This document shows positions 50,039 to 62,349 of a stretch of DNA of 64,000 bases, piece after piece (within the stretch, counting starts at the first letter, position 1; each line of letters starts with the position of its first letter). Both the position numbers and the translations under genes were made by a program. The stretch comes from Squalus acanthias. Its lineage: Eukaryota. The notes beneath the pieces are model-generated. The model made no database searches. It had not been told where the DNA came from and saw nothing but the letters and a program-made list of their open reading frames with translations. Where the stretch lies: assembly GCA_030390025.1 (NCBI GenBank), contig CM059432.1, forward strand, positions 73,906,001 through 73,970,000, in the 5' to 3' direction.

Positions 50039-51545
50039 GGGGGGAGAAATTCATGTGGTTTGCACCACACATTAGTGCCACGAGATGGCGCTAAAACGCC
50101 GTTGAGAGCTTTAACGCCACCTGATACCGGTTCCAGCGCCATACGCCATATCGATCTTGCCGGTAGTGCTGCCGCTGAAGTGGATTGTGACATCAGTGAA
50201 TGTGCAACATTCACTTGGCGCCCGTTCTTAAAACTTCGCTACAGCCAATGAACTTACTGGCTGGAGAAAACAATGACAGCTTCAGGTGGCATGCAGCAGC
50301 AGGAAGCCGGCTCCAGCGATGCTATTTAAAGGGATCATCACCAATCACTCGGACCTGACAGGTTTTTGAAGTTTGAGTGGCTGTGTGCTACTTCCTGCTA
50401 CTGGAAGAGTTTTCTTCAGTAAGTTCAAGGTTCTTTGGTATCAGGGAGTGTTCTGGCAAGTACAAAACTCCATAATTATTTCTGAAAAGCTTCAACCTGC
50501 AACTCTTGCTAAAGGTCACCTCGCCCTCCAGGATATATGGCGAAGGGAGCAGAGGCAGCGAGACAATCGGCCTTCCGGATGGGATGTCCATGACCGGCTC
50601 ATCAGACTCCGATTCGCATGAATGAAACGCCAGAACCCCATAGCTCACCACATCCCCATCATCCAATCCCTGTCTCACACCATATCACAGCATCCTCTTG
50701 GGTGCAAAGGTGAAATGAGAGAGACCACAAAATATTAAAAACACAGTTAATAAATTTATCTATAAACATATCACACATATCACATGAATTCTAATAACTA
50801 ACGACCCTTGTGCCTGCCATAGTCGAATAGCTGCTATTGTGTGCAATGTGTGAGATGTGGATGTGAGTGTTGCTAGGTAGAGGTTGTTGATGGGTGACTG
50901 CTGGGAGTGTGTTGCATTGAGCTGTGTGTGAAGCTTGTGGTACAAATGGTGGTATGTACCATTTGTTGAAGCCTTTACTCACCCTGACCACCCGTGTGAG
51001 GTCATTAAACTTCTTCCTGTATTGGGTGTGGGTCCTGGGGAGCACAGTGCTGCCCGTGACGTGGTGTGCCACCTCCCTCCACATAGTCCGGCAGACTTGT
51101 GCCGAGGGCCACCTGCCAGTTGCCGGGTACAGGACCACCTGCCATCTCTAAAATCTCTGGGTTCTCTCCCTGGGGTGGCGATCTGCCATCAGGATTTGTA
51201 ATTAAGTGCTACTTCTCCTTGTTCTTCTTCTTCTGGTTGTTGAGGCAGCTGCACACCAAGCAATGCTGAGAATGAGGTGCTGCAGCATCAATGAACTTCC
51301 CCTTTAAGTAGTGAAAAAAGCCTGTGGCAATCATTACTTGCGTTTAGACTACACCTGATATTGGTCCATCTTTTCAGTGTAACGCCAATGAGCTTAAGTT
51401 TTTAGACGAGAATCATGACTGCAATCATTTTAATGAGGATTGAGGACGAATTTTGCGTATAGCCTAGACGATTTTCAGGTGGCGCTACTTTACCATTTTT
51501 AGTCTAAACACTGCCCATTTCTTGGCTATAACTAATTTCTAGCCC
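50039..51545 (+). mobile_element. Harbinger internal-deletion derivative I
   Basis: TTA TSD; ends GGGGGGAGAAATT / AATTTCTAGCCC; transposase tail HDRLIRLRFA; Myb exon 1 WREVAHHV..RTHTQYRKKFNDLTRVVR on -. Confidence 0.8.
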
Positions 51546-51574
51546 TTAAGATTTAAACTAACAAAACAGAACAG

Positions 51575-52435
51575 ATCTAGAAATAGGGAAAATACTGGAC
51601 TGGTCAGGTGGGCAGAAAAGTGGCAAATGGAATTCAATCCGGAGAAGTGTGAGGTAATGCATTTGGAAAAGGCTAACAAGGCAAGGAAATACACAATAAA
51701 TGGTAGGATACTGAAAAGTGTAGAGGAACAGAAGGACCTTGGAGTGCATGTCCATAGATCCCTGAAGGTAGCAGAACAGGTAGATAAGGTGGTTAAGAAG
51801 GCATACGGGATGCTTTCCTTTATTAGCGAGGCATAGATTATAAGAGCAGGGAGGTTATGCTAGAGCTGTATAAAACACTAGTTAGGACACAACTAGAGTA
51901 CTGTTTATAGTTCTGGTCGCCACATTACAGGAAAGATGTGATTGCACTAGTGAGGGTACAGAGGAGATGTATGAGGATGTTGCCAGGACTGGAGAATTTT
52001 AGCTATGAGGAAAGATTGGATAGGCTGGGGTTGCTTTCTTTGGAACAGAGGAGACTAAGGGGAGATTTAATTGAAGTGTATAAAATTATGAGGGGCCTAG
52101 ATAGAGTGGATAGGAAGGACCTATTTCCCTTAGCAGAGTGGTCAATAACCAGGGTGCATAGATTTAAAGTAATTGGTAGAAGGATTAGAGGGGAGTTGAG
52201 GAGAAATATTTTCACCCAGAGGGTGGTGGGGGTCTGGAACTCACTGCCTGAAAGGGTGAAGGGTGGTAGAGGCAGAAACCCTCATCGCATTTGAAGTGCC
52301 ATAACCTACAAGGCTACGGACGAAGAGCTGGAAAGTGGGATGAGGCTGGATAGCTCTTTTTAGGCCGGCACAGACACAATGGGCCGATTGGCCTCCTTCT
52401 GTGCCAGAAATGTCTATGATTCTATGATTCTATGA
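51575..52435 (+). mobile_element. 5'-truncated CR1
   Basis: WQMEFNPEKCEVMH, LEQRRLRGDLIEVYKI, WNSLP; (TCTATGAT)n tail. Confidence 0.93.
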
Positions 52436-52624
52436 AATAAAGAGTGATGGGAATTGAAAAGATATAGAAGTGAGAAGTTGTGGTACAGAATAAGGGCTGG
52501 TATAAGATAGTTCAAAATGCATACACTGATACTGCAGGTAAGTGTGAAGAATATAATGATATGACCACATGTGGTAATAATGACAAAATAAACATATCAG
52601 TTCAGGGAGTGCGGAAAATGGATG

Positions 52625-53040
52625 ACTCAGTTCTATATATGAATGCTAGGAGTCTTAGGAATAAAATGGGAGACCTCGAGGCCCTATGATATCATTGACC
52701 TCACAGAGACCTGGTTCAACAATGACACAGGTTAGATTAATTTATAGTAAGGCTGAGCAGAGCGCCCTATAATCCAGGTCACTCGCACCCAATGTGCATC
52801 TGTACTACCTGCACCAAGCTCCACAAAATCAAATCATGAAGCATTGCAATGAGTCGTGTTCCACAGGGTTCTGTATTGTGGCCATTCTTATTTACTATGT
52901 GCATAAATTATCTAAATTTAGGAATCGAGGGAACAGTATTGAAATTTGCTAATGACACCAAATTAGGGGCTATTGCCAATTGTGATGAAGGTTGTGAAAA
53001 ACCATAGCAGAACATAGGTTGGCAGCATAGCTAGATAGTT
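52625..53040 (+). mobile_element. Very decayed CR1 pieces (endonuclease start and RT)
   Basis: YMNARSLRNKMGDLEAL..LTETWF; VPQGSVLWP..KFANDTKL. Confidence 0.65.
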
Positions 53041-53551
53041 AGCATTCCCCATTAAAATTCAGCCCAACGTTTCAGAACTGATCTTGCTTGTCTTGAAAGC
53101 CATTGTTTAGGGAACACATTGTGAAACTTGTTTTGTTTTCCGGTAGATTCTTCCCAAGATGAGGAAGCCACAGAAAGTGATGGCACAGCCCCAAGTACTT
53201 CACAGCACATTGCACCAAGTGCTCCCCATGTGCCTAGATCCAGCACAGATATTAGCACCCCAGAATCTACAGCAAGTGACATTGAGGAACAGGCATGGGT
53301 GAAGCACAAATTACATGAGGATGTGCAAGTGGAGGTGGCAGAAGAGGAAGCTAAAAGATTTGATGAGGCTGTTAACCATGGTTAAAGGAAGCTTTGGTCT
53401 CCATGGAGCCACCATTGCAGTCTGTCTTCACCAGGGTGCGATAGTTGGTTGCCTTTGAATGAGGTATCATGACTGTTGCCTGAGACGTGGACATTGCCTT
53501 CCATAATGCAATGACCCTGACTAGTTGTACTTTGATATAAGCCATGGCATT

Positions 53552-53812
53552 AAGAACATAAGAACATAAGAAATAGGAGCAGGAGAAGGCCACGCGGCCT
53601 GCTCCGCCATTCAATAAGATCATGGCTGAACTTCTACATCAATTCCACTTTCCCACCCTATCCCCATATCCCTTGATTCCCTTAGTGTCCAAAAATCTAT
53701 TGATCTCAATCTTAAATATACTCAATGACCGAGCAGCCACAGCCCTCTGGGGTAGAGAATTCCAAATCTTCAAACCCTCTGAGTGAAGAAGTTTCTCCTC
53801 ATCTCAGTCCTA
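53552..53812 (-). mobile_element. CR1 3' end
   Basis: AGAACATAAGAACATAAGAAATAGGAGCAGGAG..., the reverse complement of the CR1 tail. Confidence 0.88.
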
Positions 53813-53814
53813 AG

Positions 53815-53995
53815 ATGCATTATGTCATAAGCGCGCCATTAACACCCACTGGATTTTGGGATATCCATCAGAGTAGTGAAATTGGGCAACCCTGTCATGG
53901 TGCTGTTGATATTCTATGAGAAAAGAACAACAAACAATGTCCCTGCTGAACAATGCATCAGTCACTTGTTTAATACATCTGTGGGCAGAGGAGGA
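53815..53995 (-). pseudogene. Old Harbinger transposase remnant
   Basis: SAHRCIKQVTDALF..GYPKIQ. Confidence 0.6.
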
Positions 53996-55658
53996 GTGGG
54001 AGCTGGTAATTGCTTCAGTGGGGGTGCGGGGAGAGGAGGGCTGAAAATTGTCATAGTTGGGGAGGAAGCAAAATTGCATCTGTGGGGCAGCAAGTGCCTG
54101 AGAATTACCTTGAGAGGGGAAGGAAAGAGATAAAAATTGACACATTGCGGGGAGGGGGTTGAGTGGGGATGGAAGGAAGAGCAAATGAAGCATGTATTCT
54201 CTCTGAAGTGCTCATCTTTCACACGCAAACATCTAATTTTTAGCCTTCTGGTTAGATTTTGTTACAATGACGGTTTCTGCGACTGGGTTGTTAGCTGCAT
54301 TAAGTGGTCCAAGACGCACGGCTGCAATTACAGCATTGATTGGGGAAGGTCCTTGTGAACAGGATGGGAAGATACCAAATGCTGCAAGACAGGAAGTGAG
54401 TTTGCTGGATTTTTTTAAATTAGTATGTTAGGACATACACACTAGACCTGACAGTGCAGCAATATTTAAAATTATTCAATCGCCGAAGCAATAGGTACAT
54501 TTATCCCAGGGCCTCAATGAGTGGTTAACAAGGGAGCAGGTACAAACCTGGTTTTAATTTTTATTTGAATCAATAAATATGAGAATGAAAGGTAGCAGCT
54601 GCTTAAGATAGAGGAGAAAAATTATATATACATTTTAACTTTTAAAAAACTGTACAAAATAAAAGTAAAAGTTAAAATAATAAAATGATAAGAAAGTCAA
54701 GATGCTGGCCAAGCTGGCAAAAACATTTCAGAAACTATTTCCACAGACATCCAATTGAGCAATCGTCATAACATATTCACATAGGGAAAAAACATTATAA
54801 ATGTGGACATGGGAATTTATAATAGGAAAAAGCTGACACAATAAGTGTGACAAAAACATGACAACAGGAAGTCAAGTTGTACAGGTAGGAAATGTATGCA
54901 GATATAGAAATATATAAACGTATATATAAATAAAAAATATTTTTTGAGAATAAAAATAAACTTGTACAAAACCTGCTTTTCAGCCATAGGAACAGTGTGC
55001 TAAATTCTAATAGAGAGTGTGCAGGCCATGGGTGGAGCAAACCCAGCAGTCAGGAACATAGGTACTGGAAACATAGGAATATAGGAACAGGAGTAGGCCT
55101 TTTAGCCCCTCGAGCCTGTTCCGCCATTCATTGAGATCATGCTGATCTGGGACCTAACTCCCGCCTTTGCCCCATATCCCTTAATACCTTTGGTTAACAA
55201 AAATCTATCAATCTCAGATTTAAAATTAACAATTGATCTAGCATTAATTGCCATTTGCGGAAGAGAGTTCCAAACTTCTACCACCCTTTTCCGCTGCGAC
55301 CACCTGCGCGCGCAGATTGTGACATCATTCCATGGTGCAACGCCCTTGTGGCGCCCCGGAGCGGAAATTGAGTGGCGCCCCCTGCCTTACCGCCTGGCGC
55401 ATCCAACGACCGGAAGACTGGAACGCTATCAATCGCTGTGGGGCTGGGGGGGGCGCTATTTAAAGGGGGCCTCTTCCTGTCTTTTTCTGTGGTCGACATT
55501 TTTGCACCACTCGTTCTGAGAGAGAGAGAGAGATTCGGAGAGAGAGAAAGAGAGACTTCTGCATTGACTCAACGCTTTGTGAGGTAGTTTTGCCTACTGA
55601 TCCTAACTTCGCTGGTTCTTTAGTTGCAGTCCTTCATTACTTTGCTTGCAAAGAGAAT

Positions 55659-56819
55659 ATGGGGGCTGCACTGATTGGGGGCGTCGTCCTGCTCCAGCTG
55701 AATCGGAGGATACAGAGACGCAGAGAGAGAGTGGCAATGATGGCCAGACGGAGGAGGGCCAACAGGCGTATGTACAGGAGAGCTTACCCTCCCAGGGTAT
55801 ATCGTGAACAGCTCTCCTACATCCATATGTCTGAGGAGCTGTGTTTGCGAAGGCTGCGATTCAGCAAGGAGGTGGTCACTGAGCTCTGCCACCTGCTGCA
55901 GCCAGATCTGCAGCCTCAACTGAGGTCCAGGACGTCTCTGTCGGTGGCAGTGAAGGTCACAGTGGCTCTCAACTTTTACGCTACTGGCTCATTTCAAGCT
56001 GCTGCTGGGGACCTCGCCAATATCTCCCAGTTCGCGGTGCATTGCTGCATCCGGCAGGTCACAAATGCCCTCTTTAAAAGGAGACGAGAGTTCATCTCTT
56101 TCCCCATGACCCCAGACAAGCAGCGTGACCGCGCTCTGGGCTTTGCGAGGGTAGCGGGCTTCCCCATGGTGCAGGGCGCCATTGACTGCATGCATGTGGC
56201 TTTGCGTGCTCCGCATGAGAATGCCGAGGAATTCCGGAACAGAAAGGGGTTCCATTCCTTGAATGTTCAGTTGGTCTGTGACCACAGACAGCTGATACTC
56301 GCTGTCAATGCCCACTATCCTGGCAGCTGCCACGATGCTTTTATCCTGCGCCAGACTACTGTGGCAGAACTTTTCGAGGCACCGCATCAGCCAGTTGGTT
56401 GGCTTCTCGGGGACAAGGGGTATGCATTGAGCACCTGGCTGATGACACCGCTCCGTACGCCCAACACCCCTGCTGAGCTGCGGTACAATGAGAGCCATCA
56501 AGCTACCAGGAACATAATTGAGCGCACAATCGGCGTGCTGAAGCAACAGTTCCGCTGTCTCGACCATTCTGGAGGAGCCCTGCAGTACTCGCCTGAGCGA
56601 GTATCGAACTTCGTAGTTGTGTGCTGCATGTTGCATAACATGGCAATCCTCAGGACCCAGCCAATGCCACCAGGCCTTGGAGCACCACCAGAGGAGGAGG
56701 AGGAAGAGGAGGAAGAGGACGAGGAGGATGATCATCAGCAGCACCAAGGCGGGAGGGCGGCCCACAATGGTCAAACTGCAAGGGCCGTCCGTCAACGGCT
56801 AATAGCAAGCCGCTTCTAG
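55659..56819 (+). CDS. Intact HARBI1-like Harbinger transposase (386 aa from ATG 55659)
   Basis: Uninterrupted ORF with [59 protein letters not shown]-like box at about 55456. Confidence 0.93.
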   Translation: MGAALIGGVVLLQLNRRIQRRRERVAMMARRRRANRRMYRRAYPPRVYREQLSYIHMSEELCLRRLRFSKEVVTELCHLLQPDLQPQLRSRTSLSVAVKVTVALNFYATGSFQAAAGDLANISQFAVHCCIRQVTNALFKRRREFISFPMTPDKQRDRALGFARVAGFPMVQGAIDCMHVALRAPHENAEEFRNRKGFHSLNVQLVCDHRQLILAVNAHYPGSCHDAFILRQTTVAELFEAPHQPVGWLLGDKGYALSTWLMTPLRTPNTPAELRYNESHQATRNIIERTIGVLKQQFRCLDHSGGALQYSPERVSNFVVVCCMLHNMAILRTQPMPPGLGAPPEEEEEEEEEDEEDDHQQHQGGRAAHNGQTARAVRQRLIASRF

Positions 56820-57113
56820 GGCCCCTGCCATTGCTACCAATATTAATGAACCCAGCACGCAACCCCTAAGCCGGCCAAGGCACCAATAATTCCAACCACC
56901 AACCATGTATATTTTGAATACAGAAACTTATTTATTTTACAAACTCTGTGTGTGTCAATTCCTCATGACAAACTCATAGAAATAAACACAAAAAAACAGT
57001 CAATAACATAACTGGTTCTCACAACCTGGAGATAATGTCCAAAACACTAAAGGAAAGTTGGACCATGAACCTCGACCTTTAATAAAAAAATGACCAGCAT
57101 TTTGTCACACCTC

Positions 57114-58933
57114 CTACTTTTTGCCCTTCGAGGGTGATCTCCTTCCCTTGCGCACTTCCCCCCTTCTAACCCTACTGCTCCTCCGTAATGGGACCTCAGT
57201 GGCTGCAGCAAGGCTGGTGGAAGGCTGCTGCTCGTCAGACCCTGACACTGCAGATGCCCCTGAAGGACGGCCTCGACCAGTTCTGGGCCTGGAGGGCCCG
57301 GCTGCAGACTGCACCAACTCTGCATGGGCGGCAGCAGTCTGTCCTACAGGCGGTGGCAAGTGCAGTGGAGAAGTGACAGTGTTGGCAGCAGGAATGCTGT
57401 CATCGTGAGAGAGGACAGCAACTCCCTGCTCGCCCGACACACTGGCACTCCCACGGGGCAGCACTTCAGCATCCGGAGCAATCTGCTGGAGAACAGATTG
57501 CTGGCCTGCTGCGGCGCGGTGACAGCCCCGGGGACATGTGCACGAACCATCGAGGTTGGCAGCAGTCTGTGCTCGCGTGGCCTCAATCTGAGTCTGTATG
57601 AGAGCAGTCAGAGATGGGATCACGGCAGCCAGTGACTGAATTGCAGCACTAAGCGTTAGTGTGGCATCCGCCTGTGCTACAGCGAAGTGCTCCACACTCC
57701 TTGCCAGTGACTCAATGCATTCGGGCACCCTTCCCACTGCACCCATGAGCTCAGTGTGCATGCCCACCGCCTGGGTGTTCATTTCTGCGATCAGCCGCTC
57801 CTCCTCTGCGTCCATTGCAGTAGGAGTGTCTGGCATACTCTCCCTCTGGGGAGAAGGCCCCCGTTCTTCCCTACCCCCATGGTGTTGCTGCAGCCCGCTG
57901 GGTCCTGGAGCTTCACCCTCATCAGACCCTTCCCCCCTGCTCCCCTCCAGGGAAGGCGTGTTCCCAGTGTGGGCATGGGCTTCCTCGGGAGAGGGTGGCA
58001 CTGATGCTCCGGCTTCCTCTTCCTCCTCGGCTGCAGCATCACTCCCAGTGGCAGCTTCAGGGCCCGTCTCCTCAGCTGGTGAATCACCATCTGAAAGCAG
58101 GGAGATACAAGAGTGGCTTTAGCGTGAGGACAGGGTGGCAGTAAGGGAGGAATAAGTGCAGCGAGTTAGCAAGTTGTATTGAAAGTGTCAAAGGCTGGTG
58201 TTGTGAGGGACAAGTGGAAGGACAGAGGACAAAAAGGTGATGACCTTACCATTGCTGTCCAGAACGGGGTCGGCGTCTCCAGTGGCGACGGGACCGATCA
58301 CCCGGCTTGCCACAATCCTGTGGACGCGCTCCTCAAGATCGCTGAGGGGTTGCAGCTGAGGCCGCCCTCCACCTGTCCGTTGCTGCTGTCTCCGATTATG
58401 CGCCAGCTTGGCCTGTAAGAAAAAGGACAGCATCTGAGTAAATATACAGCCATGGTCTTGCCTGATGTGCCTCCCATAGGTGAATAGCCCTTACTGTATA
58501 CAGCCATGGTCTTGCCTGATGTGCCTCCCATAGGTGAATAGCCCTTACTGTATGCAAAGTGTGGAATGTGTGTGTGTGTTTCATGAAAGGGCCATAGGTG
58601 TTGGATGAGTGTTGTGCATTGGGGTTTTAAGACCCTCTGGCCATAGAGTGAGGTTGAGATGGAGGGATGGAGAGGTATTGAGAAAAAGCCACTCACCCTG
58701 ACGACCCGAGTGAGGTCGTTGAACTTTTTGCGGCATTGAGTATGGGTCCTGGGCACCATGCTCCTGGAGGAGACGCTCTGAGCCACCTCCCTCCACACTC
58801 TTCTGAACTCGCGTGGCAAAGGCCTCCTGCCACTCTCAGGGAAGAGCATACATCTTCTGCGCTCCACCGCGCCAACCAGAGCATCCAAGTCCCGCTCGGT
58901 GAAGCGATGAGCGCGTTCTCTCACCCTCTCCAT
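57114..58933 (-). CDS. Intact three-exon Myb/SANT-like protein (458 aa); exons 58933-58697, 58412-58250, 58090-57114
   Basis: GT-AG introns (AGG|GTGAGT, TTACAG|, ATG|GTAAGG, TTTCAG|); 237+163+977=1377 nt, in frame without internal stops; Myb-like N-terminus, acidic linker, heptad-rich segment, basic C-terminus. Confidence 0.88.
58443..58550 (+). repeat. Exact 54-bp tandem duplication in Myb intron 1 of J
   Basis: TATACAGCCATGGTCTTGCCTGATGTGCCTCCCATAGGTGAATAGCCCTTACTG x2. Confidence 0.95.
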
Positions 58934-61034
58934 CCTTGGCAGCAAAATGGATTCACAGGTCTCTCCAGGCCGAGATTCAAGGCTGCAATGAGCAGGGTGT
59001 GGCTGGGGAGCAAGTTGGCCCCCCCCGCTTTAAGAAGTGGCCGGCGCCAGTGTGTCTGTGTTCCCTCGCTAACTGGCAGCAGCTGTGCTGCGCTCGCGCG
59101 CTGAGTTAGCGCCTCACTGCTCGGCCTTTGCGCCTTAAGACAGGTGTGCAGCGCCTGATTTAGCGCTCCACTCACCTCCCGGGGCGGTAAAAGTGAAGTT
59201 TCCAGTCAGTGCCGATAATTAGCGCCAGGCGCTAATATTTGCGTCCAGACGATATTTGCGCCCCAAATGGGGCGCGACCTAATTTTTCCCCCTTTGTGTG
59301 TAGAAGTGTTTCCTAATTTCACTCCTGAAAGGTCTGGCTCTAATTTTTAGACTATGCCCCCCCTGATCCTAGACTCTCCCATCCAGCGGAAATAGTTTCT
59401 CTCTATCTACCCCATCTGTTCCCCTTAATATTATGCAAACTTCAATCAAATCGCCCTTTAACTTTCTAAATTCCAGGGAATACAACCCTAATTTGTGTAA
59501 TCTCTCCTCGTAATTTAACCCCTGGAGTCCGGGTATCCGGTAAACCTACACTGCACTCCCTCCAAGGCCAATATATCCTTCCTAAGGTGTGGTGCCCAGA
59601 ACTGCTCACAGTGGTCTAACCAGGGCTTTATATAGCTGTAGCACAACATCTACCCCCTTGTATTCTTGTCCTCTAGATATAAAGGCTAGCATTCCATTAG
59701 CCTTTTTGATTATTTTCTGTACCTGTTCATGACATTTTAATGAGCTATGTACCTTGACCCCCCAAGTCACTTTGGACCTCCACTGTTTTTAGCTTTTCAC
59801 CATTTAGAATATACCCTGTTCTATCCTTTTTAGGTCCAAAGTGAATGACCTCACATTTGCCTACATTGAAATCTATTTGCCACAGTTTTGCCCATTCACT
59901 TAATCTACTGACTTTGCTGCACAACTATAATACATGAACTTAATTTACCCAATAAATTATCACACAGAAGTTTCATTCAGATACAAACATCATCATTTTA
60001 TTGTCATGTTAATCAGACAAAAGTGCTCACAGCGCCCTCTCAGTTTGCTCTACAAGACTACAGTGAAAACAAGTATCAAATGGAATATTTTACTGTATTC
60101 TTTTTATTGCAGATTAGTTCATTTTGATTGTTTCCTTGCAGGAAAATATCATCTTGCCATTTTGTTTCCCTGATATTCAACAGCATTTAAACTGTTGCAC
60201 AAAGTAATACAGCATGTGATAAATGTAGCCTTGTTGATTGTCCTTAAAACCTCAGGAATCCAACTAAATAGATTGCTGCAGACATTGTAATTAGATGAAA
60301 TAGATTGAGCCAAATAAAGAAAATGACAGTCTTCCTTACTACACTGACATGTGAGATGTTTAATAACAGTTATTCATATTACATTTTCCTGTTGACTCAT
60401 TTCTATTGGGAGTACTCTGTAATCACTGTCAGAGGATAATAGAAATCAAGCAGTATAGATGTTTTCCCACTTTCAGTAAAGGTTGAAGGCATTAAAATAG
60501 TTTGATCATATGCCTGTAATTGATAGTAGTCCTATGATGGAACAAACAGTGGCGTTAACTTTCCTAATATTGTGCTCATAAAGTTCTTGTCATGAGTTGT
60601 AATTGTGTCCTTCACTGCTTCATATTACAATTGGCTTTCACTTTCAATACTATAGCAATGGTTATAACAAGTGTAATATACTTGAGAGATTCGCAGAACA
60701 TCATAAAATGCAAAATCAAAGGTCTCTCATTTTATACAGTCACTTGAACATATTGCCAGAAAATGCTTCCTTTTGTTTTGCAATTTATTTTAACCTTGTT
60801 CATTTTGCTTTGCCCTATTACCTACATCACATACTAAATGGATGACAGGTGACCTGCTCACAAACCTATTTTGCTGTCTATTTTACTCTGGAGCCAGGAC
60901 CTTGGATGAATCAACACCCCCTCAAATATGTGATGAATTGTCTGAATGTTCCAATGTGAGCTTGTGCCCATCCTACTACTATGCACTGGAGCATTAATGT
61001 TATATGCCAGTGATGTTTTTCCACTATAGACTAA

Positions 61035-61927
61035 GGGGTAAAAATTCACTTGGTTGCGCCACCCGTTAGCGCCTTAAGAGGGCGCTAATGGGGCGCAAAG
61101 CCGCTAACGCCCGGGCGCAGCGATGTTTGCGCCGCTCGAAAACTTAACTTGAGATTGTGCGGCGGCGCTAAAACTTACCGCTGCGACCACCTGCGCACGC
61201 AGATTGTGACGTCATTCCATGGTGCAATGCCCTTGGGGCGCCCCGTAGCGGAAATTGAGTGGCGCCCCCTGCCTTACCGCCTGGCGCTTCCAACGACCAG
61301 AAGACTGGAACGCTATCAATCGCTGTGGGGCTGGGGGGGGCGCTATTTAAAGGGGGCCTCTTCCTGTCTTTTATTGTTGGTGGCATTTTTGAACTACGCA
61401 TTCTGAGAGAGAGAGGGAGAGACTTCTGGAGAGATTCAACGTTGTGTGAAGGAGTTTTGGGTACTGAGCAGCACTTTGCAGGTTCATTTTGATTTGCCAT
61501 TCCTTGTATCGATTTAGCAGAGACTGTGGGAGCTGCACTCTGAGCTCTTTGCCTGGTGCTCTCCATTGTTCTTTCCAGCACATTTGATGTGCAAGTCTCT
61601 CCAGGCCGAGATTCAAGGCAGCAATGAACAGGATGTGGATGGAAAGCAAGATTAACCATCCCCTTTAAGAACTGGCCCGTGCCATTGTGTGTCTGTTCCA
61701 TTGCTGACTGACATTACATGAGCTTCGCCAGCGCTCCGAGTTAGCGCCTCACTGCTCGGCCTTTGCGCCTTAAGAGAGGTGTGCAGCGCCTGCTTTAGCG
61801 CTCCACTCACCTCCCGGGGCGGTAAAAGTGAAGTTTCCCGTCAGTGCCGATAATTAGCGCCAGGCGCTAATATTTGCGTCCGGACGATATTTGCGCCCCA
61901 AATGGGGCGCGACCTAATTTCTACCCC
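61035..61927 (+). mobile_element. MITE-K, deletion derivative of the J family with both ends
   Basis: TAA TSD; GGGGTAAAAATT / AATTTCTACCCC; near-identical to J at 55291-55480 and 59100-59292. Confidence 0.95.
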
Positions 61928-62349
61928 TAAAAGTCTACGTTTTTCTGCCCAGTTGTTGACGCAAAGTTAGTCATCAGCAAAGTCAGCTGGCTGTCGTGAA
62001 TTTTCCATGGTCAGCTCATTTGAATAATTATTCATAGCTGCATGCCCAAGAGTGTTGTCTGTAAGCTTGTTCTACATTTACTGCTCACCCATGCCATAAC
62101 CTCACATAAACTTACGGCTCTTGCATTGCATCTCATGCATATCCATAACTCAGTATGACATACCTTCAAGGTGCAACATACAATTGAAAGCCTTGCCTCT
62201 CTTACATCTTACAAAGGCATAACACCTCAAGTCATTGTAAAACAACCTTGCTGCATGATGTACAGTCTCTCACTGACACCCAGGTCAGCATGCAGATTGT
62301 GCAAATATCATTAACTGAGCTGTTATCACCTCCTGCCCTTTTAAGCTAT

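Larger units (their letters stand above)
55290..59292 (+). mobile_element. Harbinger transposon J: both genes intact, left terminus missing
   Basis: Right end CTAATTTTTCCCCC|TTT; left side starts at CCGCTGCGACC, which is about 140 bp inside MITE-K. Confidence 0.93.
55050..59905 (-). mobile_element. CR1 (55050-55289 plus 59293-59905), split by Harbinger J
   Basis: VEVWNSLPQ..FKSEIDRFL; ACCACCC-TTT|...|TTT-GTGTGTAGAAG continuity across J. Confidence 0.9.

Noticed and set aside
55989..56795. 268-aa antisense ORF and similar antisense ORFs over other transposases
   Set aside because: Shadow frames of GC-rich coding sequence with no motifs.
55659..58933. Host genes HARBI1 and NAIF1
   Set aside because: Retains a TIR, interrupts a CR1 and has many local paralogues, so it is a transposon copy; gene symbols withheld.
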